Below are positions 43,001 through 55,589 of a stretch of 64,000 nt of DNA, piece after piece. The notes under the pieces are model-generated. The model made no database searches, was not told the DNA's origin, and saw only the letters and a program-made list of their open reading frames with translations. The stretch's first letter is position 1; the number at the start of each line of letters is the position of its first letter. Origin of the DNA: the human T2T-CHM13v2.0 reference genome, Homo sapiens; NCBI RefSeq assembly GCF_009914755.1, contig NC_060940.1. One strand, 5' to 3'. The translations under genes and the position numbers were made by a program.

Positions 43001-46000
43001 TGTTACTATTAGCAGTACTGCTACTACTACTTCTTCATACTGATGTGGTCATAAACATAAATCCAAACACAGGCACCATATGGCAGGAATCCACATAAAG
43101 AGCTTATCTTCATGATCCAGAATATGATCATGTTAATTTTGTTTAGATTCTCTTCAAAATGGGACCACAAAACTTAAAAGAAATCAAGATCCCAAGACTA
43201 CAGAAATAGCAGCCAAATTTGCCAAAATTTGAAAGTCTGTGCAAGTCACGTGCTGACCCAGGGGGATCTTTGAAGAAGAAGTGGTTAGAAGGCTGTAGAT
43301 AGGGGACACACAGTCGGAAGATTTAGCTGGGAGAAGGTTTGGGGGTTGCGGAGACGTGAGACAGTAAGAAATCGTATCTTTTCTTGATATCAGACTGACC
43401 TGATAGCTGACTATGGCCCCAGAAAATGTTATTAGAAATGCAGCACCAGTGGAGTTCAAATGCATTTTTAATATCTTCTAAATGCTTAATTTGGTTTTGC
43501 TGGAGATGTGTTTCATCATTCCCTCCTGCCCCTTAATTAAGCTAATGACTTTATTTCTTTTCTCCTTTCTGATCAGCTCATAACACATTTCCCAGGCTGG
43601 TCTCCCTCCTCAAGCCTGTTGTTTTTGATCTGGTTATTAGCTTTCAAGCTCACATTGTTTTCCATGTGTCAGAATGTTACTGACTGACACTGATCCATTC
43701 TGGAGACTCTGGGGCTGGGGGGACTTCAGCTGGCACCATCCCTCCCACTCCTACAAAGAACAAAATCCCTTCCATGTGCATGCCACCTAGGAATTCACCG
43801 GGCACTCACACACACATTATCTTGATTGATCCTCCTGAGCAACCACCAAGGTAGGCATGATTAGCCCCTCCACTTCACAAACCATGAGCCTGGAAGCCAG
43901 AGCAGTTAATAACCAACACAGGCTAAACAGCATGGAGATAACAGAACTGAGACTCCACTCACCTGCCTACGCTCTTGACTCTTCATTCTGCACCACTGTG
44001 CCTACTGCAGTTCTTTTCATTTGAGCCCATGGTGCTTCTCTGGGCACTGCATGTGTACACACAGTCATGGCATTTCAGCCAGGCAGGCACAGACCACTAA
44101 GGACACCTCACCAGGATCAGAGAAGAGCCGTACTCTGAGTGGGTGTCCTCACTCCATTTGTGCTCCATGGAGAAGTTAGCCCTTGGATAAACCCAAAAAT
44201 GACAGCTCTATCTTTGATGGGTCAATTATAGGAAGTTCTGAAGATGCCTTTCCTCTGGAGAATGACTTCATGAGGGTTATCTGAAAACTCCCCTGGCATG
44301 ACTCAGAAACTCTTTTGGGGACCAATGAATGGGGTAAAGGGGGTGACTAACACCCCCTTTCCCAAAGAGTCAGCCTCCCACCATTAAAAACTCCAGGGAA
44401 TAAGAACTTACTTCCTTGGGAATGTGTGATGATGACTCCATTTCCAGATCAATGAGAAAATTCAACAATGAGTTGAAGGACCATGAGAAACTTCTAAGGT
44501 CCCTTTAACATCTAATCTATGGACTTCACTAATTTAATCAACTTACTTTACAGAGGAAACATCTGCTCTGATGGGGCAAGTGACTTGTCCAAGATCACCC
44601 ATCTAGTTAGAGATGGTTATCTAGAAAGGGAACACAATCAGAAGGAGTAAGCAGGTCCTTACACTGGGAGATGGATGGTGCAAGGGTGAGAAAGTAGAAG
44701 GATTAGATCACTCTCAGACAACTTATATTCCCCCCTTATTGTAAGAAATGCCAGTGGAATGATGTCACCTTACAGGAGGAACAGAACTACTCTGTTTGCT
44801 TGGGGTTCTTTGTGCTTGGTAAAAACAGAATCATTTACAAAACCAAAGTTTTCTTTACTACAGAGATGAATCTGCAGAAGTCCCAGGGATACCTTGGTCA
44901 TAAGAAGTCTCAGGTACAAGTTATCCAAGATGGAACAGGAGTTCAAGAGCACATCTATTTACTGGACAAAATAAAGCTCCATGGTAAGACAGTTTGCATC
45001 TGACAGTCCACTTGTGGCCATTCCCCCACATCCCACTCTCTCGATGAGAACTGAGACCTTCAATTCAGTGGTACCTGGGCTCAGGAACAGCCTGAAGGTA
45101 AGAGCTCTGCCCCACCACCTTGGACAATGAGGACATTTAAAGAGACTTAGTGGACCAAGCATGATGCAGAGGAAGAAATATGGGCTCAGACTTCTGTGCT
45201 GAGAAGCTGAGAAGCAGAACAAAAGGAAGGAAATTTCCCCCAGGTTCTGAAATAGTCAAGCTGTCACTCAATAAGATGAGAGATTGGGCAGTCACAGAGA
45301 AAACAGAGATTTGGCCAGGGATTTTGCCCGTGGAATCACAATCTGGAAATGTTTCTTTCTGGCTGCCCTGGAAGTTCACCATTTCCAAGCTGCATGAGAA
45401 GCTGAATGGGCTCTTTCTCCAATGGATTGATCATTGTGCCCAAGCTAATTACTGCCTTAATACCCTACCTCCTGCAGATGGCAAATTGGGCACAGATAAG
45501 ACAAGTGGCTGGTCCAAAACCACAGGCTGAGTCAGTGGCAGGGATGGGAGTAAGGTTGAGTAACCAGTGGCCCTTCCTTTTGTTACCCTGGCCAAGAAGC
45601 AAGCCCTGCCAGAGCAGCTGCCCTTCCCTGGTGCACTGAGATGGGCTGGGATGACATAGTTGAGCCCTGCTCCACCCTCTGCTCCCTAGCTTCCCAGGTG
45701 AGCTGTGGCCTGCAGATCTGCTGTGCTGGGAGAATCTGCTTGCTGCAGGATAATATTAGCTCACTTTTATTGCCATGGGCTGGGCGCCCTCCGGCAGCTT
45801 GGCTGTAAACCTTTGATCCACTGGGCTCCAGGAGCTGCAGATTTTGACTGTGTGCTCAGCCCTAGACTCCCCACACACTGCATGGGGCAGGCAGAGAAAG
45901 GAGGGGCCCACAGGCAGAAATTCAACTCCTCTGCAGCCACCTCAAAAAACAGCAGCACTCTGAGGCAGTCAGGTTAGAAGGGGAGAGGGACACTGTTTCA

Positions 46001-46207
46001 CCATCGTGTTCTCCAAGACCCACCAGTGAGTGTTCCCCAGACCCAGATGCTTGTATACCACGCTCATGATTTGCCCCATAATAACTGCATTATTTATTTT
46101 GTATTTTTATTTAAATTAATTCACCATGGATGGTAAAACTCAAATTTATTTTGAAAGAAGTTTCAGAATACTTCCACAAATAGAAAACTAATACCACTTG
46201 CTTTTTT

Positions 46208-46462
46208 GTGGGAATTGAACAATGAGAACACATGGACACAGGAAGGGGAACATCACACTCTGGGGACTGTTGTGGGGCGGGGAGAGGGGGAAGGGATAGC
46301 TTTAGGAGATATACCTAATGCTAAATGACGAGTTAATGGGTGCAGCACACCACCATGGCACATGTATTCATATGTAACTAACCTGCACATTGTGCACATG
46401 TACCCTAAAACTTAAAGTATAATAATAATAAAAAAATAAAAAAATAAAAATAAAAATAAAAA
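46208..46462 (+). mobile_element. L1PA3-like 3'UTR-only fragment
   Basis: GTGGGAATTGAACAATGAGAACACATGGACACAGG...CCCTAAAACTTAAAGTATAAT followed by an A-rich tail. Confidence 0.95.
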
Positions 46463-46500
46463 TCTGTTGCTTTACTGTGGAAAAAAAAATCAATGTAAGA

Positions 46501-46738
46501 TCACACCTACAATCTCAGTGCTTTGGGAAGCAAAGATGGGAGGATTGTTTGAGTACAGGAGTTCAAGACTAACCTGGGCAACATAGCAAGACCTCATCTT
46601 TACAAATAAAAAATAAAATATTGGCCAGGCATGGTGGCTAATCACTTGAGCCCAGGAGTTTGAGGCTGCAGTGAGCTATGATCCCACCACTGTACTCCAG
46701 CCTGGGCAACAGAGTGAGATCTTGTCTCAAAAACAAAC
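46501..46738 (+). mobile_element. AluJ, 5'-truncated, ~40-bp deletion in the right arm
   Basis: J-type diagnostics; TSD AAAAAAA(T/C)CAATGTAAGA at 46483-46500 and 46739-46756. Confidence 0.92.
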
Positions 46739-47729
46739 AAAAAAACCAATGTAAGAAAAACAAAAGTACTTCCTAAATTTCAGCTAGATACTGTTTCTTG
46801 CCTTGGACTCTGAGTTTGAAGTCTGGAATGTTAAGACAGGCTAGCGCCAAACTCATACTTTCTTCTTGGCATAATGAGAATTTTTAAAAGAACTGTAGAG
46901 ACAATGAGGCCATACACCACCTAAAACCAACCACTGTGTCTCCTGAGTTACATAGACCACCCCTCAGGAAATACTGTATACTTTTGGTTTCCCCCACCCA
47001 CTAGCTCCTGGATCTATCAGCACTTTTTACCTAACATTACATGTGTTTGTAGACATATGTGCTCTTTCTCATGAGATTGAAAACATCTTAACTTCTAGTC
47101 ACCCTTTGATATCTATTTAAGACTAGGAGTTTGTATCAAAACTTCTAAACAAGGCCTGCCACAAAGTAGACAAAAAATAAGCATTTGGCATTTCTCTTGG
47201 ATTTGGTTTGGTTCATCTCAAATTTCTATCATCCTCCCACCCACCAAAAAAGAAAGCACAGGAACTTGCAGTAGAAACCAATCTCTCGGCTGGTGTTCAC
47301 ATACACACGGTGTCAGGAAGAACTGCTAACATCCGTTTGATTGATCCAGGCCTGGAATTCTGCCACCATAAAGGAGACTGAGCTCCCTGGCATTGAAAGC
47401 ATTCAATTAGAGGCTGGGAGGCCCCTTGCAGTGGATAGGGATTTGGGTGAGATTACTCAGAAGTGCATTCTAACCCTCAAAAGCCGAGACTCCAAGACTC
47501 TGGGCTCAAGTTTAACTAAACTTCCCAAAGTTAGTAAGAGCAATGCATGGCCAGGTTTGGTGTATGTGTGAGCACAGGTGTGTGCATGTATGTGGTTGCG
47601 AATGTGCACAGGGTCACTTGTTCCCTTAGGTCCAGCATTTCCTCGTCTCATCTGGCAAGGCAAGTTTAACCCCTTAGTGCCAGGCACTGGGATCGCATGC
47701 TGTCTCTCTGCTGACAAGCTTCCTTGCAA

Positions 47730-48800
47730 AGGCCCCAAGGGGTTAATTAAGTTTTATTGAGCCAGAGTTTATTGCAGCTGTCTCTTGTCTCTCCCTTTAA
47801 ACACCTCTGCTTCCTGGGAAGCTGGAGTCCTCTGGGACAATATTTTTAACTCTGTTTATTTTGCCTGTAACCTATATTTTATTTTATTTGTTTTTCGAGA
47901 TACTCTAAGGGGAGGGTGGGTGAGGTCATTTCCCCCTGCCCTGCTCTTTATCTGTTGGTGACTCCATTAGATCAGATTGTTTAAATGGAGCGCAGATGTT
48001 GCTGATTTTTCGTATAAAGGAATGCATATTCATTTACATAAATTTCAGTGAATGATGGCAGTTTGGGTTTTACACTGCATGTGTGCTTGTGTGTTACACA
48101 GACTTGCCGGGCTCCCTCCAGGAAAGAACTGTCAAAGGCCTAAATAGGAAACCTTTCATATTCATGATGTGTTCATTTCCTTGCTTTATTTTATTTTATT
48201 TTTGAGACTACCAATCCTTTTCCAGTTATCTCTAATAGCTTAATACGATTAGAGATTTCCTCTAATCACTGCTCAATGTGTTTCTGCTCTATCAAAGATT
48301 TATATGACAGCTTTATGGAGCACACCTTTTTAGAATTCAGAAGGATTTTACAGGTTATTATTCATAACATCTGCCACTTACTGCAAAGAGCCTTAAAACA
48401 CCCCTTTAATGTGTATTTAATGCTTCTGATACAATATAATATCAAATAAGATGTGTTTTATTATGGCAGCCGTGTTTGTGTAACCACACTAAAGATCTGC
48501 CACTGTTGTATGCTGCGGTGGACGGTTTATAATGACCATAAAAACCTGCATAGAGCTAAACTTGGCATTTAAGGACACACCGAGAGAAATGGTGCTTTAG
48601 GGTTTTTTTCTTTCTTTCTTTTACTTGTCTTGGTGCAATGTGGAAAGAAGCAATTTCACAATTTAAAGAGCCACTGAACATAATCTGGGAATAAAACAGT
48701 GGTCCTTGGAGAAGTATTAAGGTCAACTATTATTTGAAAATAGACCTCACCTGCCTGTGCTCACAGATCTAAGCTGCAGCCAGTCTGGGCCAACCAAGAT
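47730..48800. promoter_or_regulatory. Candidate distal enhancer / conserved non-coding element
   Basis: Repeat-free stretch dense in TAAT, TTTAT(G/T)G, CCATAAAA, TGACAG and ATCAAAG motifs. Conservation cannot be verified here. Confidence 0.45.
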
Positions 48801-49049
48801 TATGGGGTTCAACTGATTCGTCCAGATGTTTCTCTGACCAAAAGAATGTAGCACACCTTTTATTATTCTCTCCCATTAACCTGACATTTTTACCAAACAG
48901 CATCTTTTAACAACTCATTTTCACATTTTAATGTATGAAAGACGTACACAGTATGTATGTCTTTAACTAAAAAGGGGTGATACATATTTATCAAGATGCT
49001 AACGACAGTTGTGTTAGGGTGGTGGAGTGGATTCTGCAGTGTTGGAGAG

Positions 49050-49250
49050 ACTGGAGCGGAGCAGAAAGAATGCAGACGTGGGTTCAGCTCCTAACCAGCT
49101 TGCATGGCTTTGGATAAGGTATCAATCCATTCACCCTCTGTTTGCTCCCCTGTGAAATGGAAATAATGCCTATGAACAAAGTTTACCTAATTAAATGAAA
49201 TAATGTATTTAAGGTGCTTGGCAAAGTGTCTGGCACTTTGAAGGCGATCA
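49050..49250 (+). mobile_element. MIR SINE
   Basis: CTCTGTTTGCTCCCCTGTGAAATGGAAATAAT...ATTAAATGAAATAATGTATTTAAGGTGCTTGGCA. Confidence 0.7.
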
Positions 49251-50429
49251 GTGCTGTGTCGCATTTTTATAAGGTGATAACAGTATGTTTGGGGTGAAAG
49301 AAATACATATTTACTTCTTTGTTATAGGGTATCTATAACTGCCAATCAGAACTTTGGGTCAGCAACACTAGCACACTGAGTAGACAATTCCAGGCACAAG
49401 CAATGACTGTCACGTCTGTATGAACCTGTGCTGCTATGGTGCCTAAATGCATGCTGTGTCTTAGGTTTTAGGGAATACTGCAAATAGACTACAGAGTCTT
49501 AGAAGGGAAACTTCTGAATGAATCTGGACACCCTCATTTTGCAGAAGGAGGGTCTGGGGTCCAGAGAGAGAAAGGGACTTGCCCCAATCACACAGGAAGA
49601 AAGGTGTAAACCGGGGCCCCTACTTCTCTCTCACCCCTGACCCCAGCCAGGGGCAGATGTGGGCCTTCATTGTTGAGGCTGGGGCCACTGCTATTTAATG
49701 AAAACATACTGAAGCAGCCCCTTGGAATTGCTAGCTCAGCTTTTCCTTACGTTTGCTTATCCCTGTATTCCACCCTGGTCCCACGCATTCCTTTTTGGTG
49801 GGCTTAACCCAAGAAGCCCTGTGGTCCTGGTAACCATCTCCAGGATCTGCAAGCTCCAGAGGAGGAAGCAGACAGTATCTACCCAGGCCTTGGGTGTGCC
49901 CAGGTGGTTGCTGCTGGGGGTAGCGAGAGTGAGCAGCAGCGGCCCCTTTTGGTGTATACATTTACTACACCTGGTGATTCTGAGGTTGGAACTCCCTAAG
50001 TGGCCACTGGCCAAATTTGCTGAACACTTGACTCTCAAACAGCCCTCATTAACGATACACAGCCATCTCCTTTCTGATGGGTTTGGAGTAAATATGTAAT
50101 CGGGGAGTTTTTAAGACATGTTCTGTAAAGTGCCGTCTGCGTCTGCTATTTGGTTGTTTTATGCGATCATCAAAACTATTCTAGGGACGAAGGGGAGGAA
50201 TGATACAGGCAGGGTGGGGACGGGGTAGGCATTGATACAGGTTGTTTGCTGCCTGATCTGCAGGGTTCAATTACCAACATGGGTAAAAACCCTGAGGACC
50301 TGCAAAACACTCATGCGTATACAGAAGGTTACGTATCCTTTCAGCACTCCTGGGAGACTCAGAAATGACAAGGTCACCCGGACGTAAATGACAGCTCTGA
50401 AATTTTTTCTTTCTCAAAAAATATTTTAG

Positions 50430-53400
50430 AGTTCTTTTATTACCAATGTTTTATTATGAAAATATTGAAGCATATAGTAAAGTTAAAGGAATATTACAGT
50501 GAATCACAGTATCTAGATTCCACTACGAACAGTTTACTATCCATGCTTTATCACGTTATTTACCCATCTATCCATTCTTTTAGCCATCCATTAATCCATT
50601 TTATTTGGGGTATAAGTCAAAGTAAATTGAAGACTTTATATATTTTCCCCTAAGTAGCCCAGCATGGATTTTATTAAAAGAGTTCAAATTTTGTTTGCAG
50701 TTTCTTTGTGCTGATATAAAATTTACATATAATAAAATGTAAAAATCCTAAATGCATTCCATGAGTTTTAATGAGTGTTCACACCTGTGTGACTCAAAAC
50801 TCCTACCAAGTTCTAGAACATTACTATCACTGCCAGGGAATACCCTCTTGCATCTTGACTATAAATTCTTACCTCCATTCCCCAGAGGCGACTGCTATTC
50901 TGATTTCTTCCCACTGTAGACTAGTTTTGTCCTGTAGAATTTCATATAAATGATTACATAGTAGATACACTTATTTAAGACTTATTGGATTCAAAATAAT
51001 GATTTTGAGATTCATCCATGTTATTGCATATGTTGGTAGTTTATTCCTATTACTGAGTAATATAGTATTGAACAAATATACTACTTTATTCATTCTCTTG
51101 TCAATGGACATGGGTTATAACTATTACAAATAAAGCTTCTATGAACATTCCTGTACAAACCTTTTTGTAGACATATATTTTCTTTTTCTGTGGGTCAATA
51201 CTTAGAAGTGAAATCACTGGGTCATAGGATAGCATGTTCAGTAAAGTAAGAAATCACCAAATCTTCTTCAAAAATGATTATAGCATTTTACATTCCCATC
51301 AACAATATATGAGGGTTCAAGTTGCTTCACAATCTTACAATATTTGGGGTTGTCAGTTTTTTCAGTTTAGCTATTCCAATAGATGTGGAATAATATCTCA
51401 GTATGGTTCTGATTTGCATTTCCCTAATGACTAATGATGTTGTCCATTTTTATGTGTTTATTAGACAAGCATATATCTCCTTTTGTGAAGTATCTATTTA
51501 AATCTTTTGTCCACTTTTGATTAGGTTGTTTGTCTTTTTATTGTTGAGTAATAGGAGCTATTGATATATCCTAAATACCAGTCCTTTTCCACACACATGT
51601 TTTGACAATATTTTCTTATCTGTGACTTGCCTATTTATTATCTTACATTTACCTTTTAGTGAATAGTTTTAATTTTGATGAACTCTAATGATTTTTTATT
51701 GACATTGCTGTCTGTGGGCTGTGCCTACTTCTCTAAAAGCTGTATGATTTTAGCTCTTGCATTTACATCTAAATATATCTTGAATTGATTTTTATGTATT
51801 GTATGAGGTAGGAACTGTGCTGTGATTACTTTTTGAATAATATGGGTTTAGAGTTCTTTCAGTACAATTAATGGAAAAGATTTTCATTTTGCCATTTGAT
51901 TGCTTTGTTGCATTTGTTGAAAATCAAATCATAAATGCATAAGTGGGCATTCTCTATTTCATTTTATGGACCTATTTGTCAGTCCCTATGCCAATATCAT
52001 ATTGTCTTCATTACTGTAGCTTTATATTAAGCCTTGAAATCAGGCTAAAGAAACCCTCCAGCTTTGTTCTTATTTTTCAAGATTAGATAGTTGGTATATT
52101 TTAGATCTTTGGATTTTCATGTAAGTTTTATAATCAGCTTGTCAGTTGCTACGAAAAAATTAAAAATCCTGTTGGAATTTTGTTTGGGATTGCATTGAAT
52201 CTTTAAGACGACTTGAGGATAATTGAACAGTGTTGAGTCTTCCTATTCCTGAGCATGGTATATCTCACTATTTCTTTAGGTCTCCTTTAATTTCTCTCAG
52301 CAATGTTTTCTAGTTTCTAGTGTGGAGATTTTACATAGCTTCCTTAAATTTATTCCTAAGTATCTTAGGTTTTTGACACTATTTTAAATGAATTTTGCTT
52401 TTTAAATTTTATTTTCTAATTGTCAATAGTTTATAAATATACCTTTTATTTTTGTGTATTAAGTTAATGCACTGCAACCTGATTAAATGCATTTGTTAGT
52501 TTTAACAGTGTATCTATAGATTCCTTAAGATTTTCTACATAAATAATTATGTCAGTTTATAATAATTAAATTTTGCTTCTTTTTTATCTTTATGATTTTT
52601 ATTTGTTTTTCTTGCCTTGTTGCAATAGCTAGGGCCCCCCAGTACTATATTAAATAGCAGCAATGAGAGTAGGCAAATCTTGCCTTGTTACTAATCTCAG
52701 GAAACATGCATTCTTTCATTATTAAGTAGGATATTAGCTGTAGGGTTTTTTGTGTGTGTGTTTCTTTTTAAATTTAAGCCAGAATAGCATTTTATTTACT
52801 TAGAAAAATAATTATAAATGTGGCACAGACTGAACTGTCATGTACTCTGATTTTCTCCCATAAAGAATTCTATATAAAAAGCCAGATCACAATCAGAAAA
52901 AAAATAACAATATTAAGATTTGACCAAGAAAAATCTAGCCTATGTAGTCCGGTTTACAGTAGAACCCCAAAATAAACTATGCATGTGTATTTTTATTGTT
53001 GTTTGGTACTATATTTTTAATTTATATAATCTATCAAAGTGAGTTTTTCCAGCTTTATTGAGGTATGATTGACAAATAAAAATGCATATATTTAGGGTGT
53101 GCATTATAATGTTTAGATATATGTATACATTGTGAAATGACTATCATAATCAAGCTACTGAACACATCTATCACCTCACATAATTACCATTTTTGTGTGT
53201 GGGGAAGGAACACTTGAGATTTACTCTCTTAGCAAATTTCAAGTAAATGACACAGGGTTATTAACTATAGTCGCTGTGCTGCACATCAGGTCTCCAGTAC
53301 TTATTCCTCTCATAACTGTAGGCTTGCACCCTGTGGCCAACATCTCCCTTTTTCCCAAACTTCCAGCTTCTGGTAACCACCATCCTACTCTCTAAACAAA

Positions 53401-53657
53401 TGCTATATGATGTCTCTTATATGTGGAAGCTAAAAAAGTCAAACTCATAGCTGTAGGTATTTTTGTAGATATCCTTTATCAGATTGAGAAAGTTATTTTC
53501 TATTTGTAGTTGGATGAAAATTTTTTATCAGAAACTGATTTTGAATTCTCAAATGCTTATTCAGCATCCATTGAAATGACCATATGTTTCTGTTTTGTTT
53601 TGTTTTCTGTTAAACCATCCTTGCATTCCTGGGATAAACACTGCAATGTTATGTTGT
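50430..53657 (-). mobile_element. Old L1 (L1ME/MD-like) 3'UTR and ORF2, interrupted at 52745-53447
   Basis: Antisense L1 hallmarks TTTTGAGATTCATCCATGTT, ACATTCCCATCAACAATATATGAGGGTTC, GATTTGCATTTCCCTAATGACTAATGATGTT, CCTTGCATTCCTGGGATAAAC. Confidence 0.85.
52745..53447 (-). mobile_element. L1MA (MA8/9-like) 3' end with 5' inversion and putative 3' transduction
   Basis: TSD TAGCTGTAGG (52735-52744, 53448-53457); L1MA on the minus strand 53044-53393; inverted piece 53394-53450; non-L1 segment 52770-53043. Confidence 0.8.
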
Positions 53658-54304
53658 CACCTATAATTTTTATTTCATAATTGTTAAAAGTATCATTTTA
53701 TACATATTTAGACATGAAAATAAAATATCACTCTAGTACATACATAAAAAAAATATAAGCTACACAAATAGGTAGCTTATCTTTTAAGTGATCTTTAAGA
53801 ATAAGTGAACTTTAAGAATAAGTTTAAGTGATCTATTATACAAGTATTCACAAAATTTCTTTACATTTAGAGTCCAAATCTTGTTGATTACTTTTATCTC
53901 TGAATCATCAGTGCTGCTGTTTTTCTATACAGTGTTGTATTCTTTGCAAATCAAAAGGATTGTAATGTAGAATTTACTAAAATTATATTCCATTTTTATC
54001 TTCAGGATTTTCTTCCAGGCTACTGTCACCACTGCTATAAGCTCTGATGTCATGCACAAACACTGACAACCACGTAATAACTCTCATCTTTCTAACACAA
54101 TTGTAGGTTCAAAAGTAAACAAAATGTACATTATACCACTGCCAAATATAGTAATAACTTTAATTTTTCTTGTATTACTAGACAGATTTGTAATGGGAAA
54201 TTTTATTTACCACATGACGGATGTTTGGTCAAGTTTGAAATTTTACAGGGAGAAAATACTCAGACAAAAAAAGTTATTTTATTTTTTAAAAATAAAGAAC
54301 ATGA

Positions 54305-54558
54305 TTTTTTCAAATAAAAATTGCATATATTTATTATATACAACATGATGTTTTGAACTATGTATATATTTATGATAGCTAAATTGAGCTGATTAACATA
54401 TGCATACCTCACATACTTATTATTTTGGAGTTGAGATATTGGTCAAAGAACACACAATTTCCATTAGGTAGGAGGAATGAGTTTAAGTGCTCTACTGTAC
54501 AACATGGTGACTATAGCTAATAAGAATGTACTGTATTCCTGAAAATTGCTAAGAGTAG
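54305..54558 (-). mobile_element. L1MA (MA4-7-like) 3' end with 5' inversion
   Basis: Minus-strand 3' end 54305-54427 joined to the adjacent upstream L1MA 3'UTR segment on the plus strand (54428-54558). Confidence 0.75.
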
Positions 54559-55589
54559 CTCCTAGGAAAAAATCTTAATAGATACTTAAGAAAATTAATT
54601 AAAAGCCTTCAGGAATAGTTTATGCCCACTTTTAACTCTAGACAGTTTACAAATAAAGGGGGCTTTGGAAGATCATGTAGTCCAATGAGATCACTGAAAG
54701 TTGGGGATATGGACACTTGACTAGTCAATTAGACCATAAGCTTCTTGAGAGCAGAAACCAAGTGTGTTTTGGTCATCACAATAACACCTGTGCCTTCATA
54801 TCTTTTGATATGTAGTCAGTACACAATAAATACTTTCTGAAAGGATGGATAAATGTCTGAGGCATAGAGAAGGTATCAATTTGTCCAAGGTCACATGGAG
54901 GAGATTTACTGTCTGATGGGACTAGAATTTGGGTCACTTGACTCTATTGGCCTATATTCAGTCAACCACCACATCCAACTAAGAGTTGGAACAGTTTTCT
55001 GACCTTGCATAGGCTCTCTGTGTGTGAGTTTATGTATGTGTGCCTATATGTGTGTGTGTGCCTATGTGTGTGTAATTTTGGGATCCTTTGTGTGCACCAT
55101 GGATCTTTCCTCATATAGCATCAAGTACAAAAGTCTAGACCTTGTTGTCATAGCATAATGGGAATTTCTGTCTTTCCTGTCCCCGTGCCATCACTGAAAG
55201 TGAGTCACAGCTGCAGTATGCAGCTATTAATCACTCCTGTTAGCCAGACTGCATCTCAGTGGCATGTTGTGCATTATTAAATTATGCCATCACTCACTCT
55301 TGGGCTGCTGTGTTTAACTGCATGGAAAGAATTACTGATCAAATCTCCCCAAATACTTTCTTCCCTAGCACAAATCAAGCCCTGTTTGTGCAAAGGTCAC
55401 ATGGCTAAATGCCATGGATAATGAAAACCACTTCAGGCTCTGGCACAACCATCTCCAGATACACACCAACTGAGCCAACCCCCTTCTTAGCTTCCCTTCT
55501 GAACACAGGCATCTCTATTTTTCCCTTGTTCCAATCCTTTATTCTTATCAAGGCCCATGGCAGTCTGAAAGCTGCACTCATGATCCCTC

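Larger units (their letters stand above)
46029..46976. mobile_element. MER113-like hAT-Charlie element hosting an L1PA fragment and an AluJ
   Basis: AGTGTTCCCC...AAATTTCAGCTAGATACTGTT...CTAGCGCCAAACT...GGAAATACTG. Confidence 0.6.
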
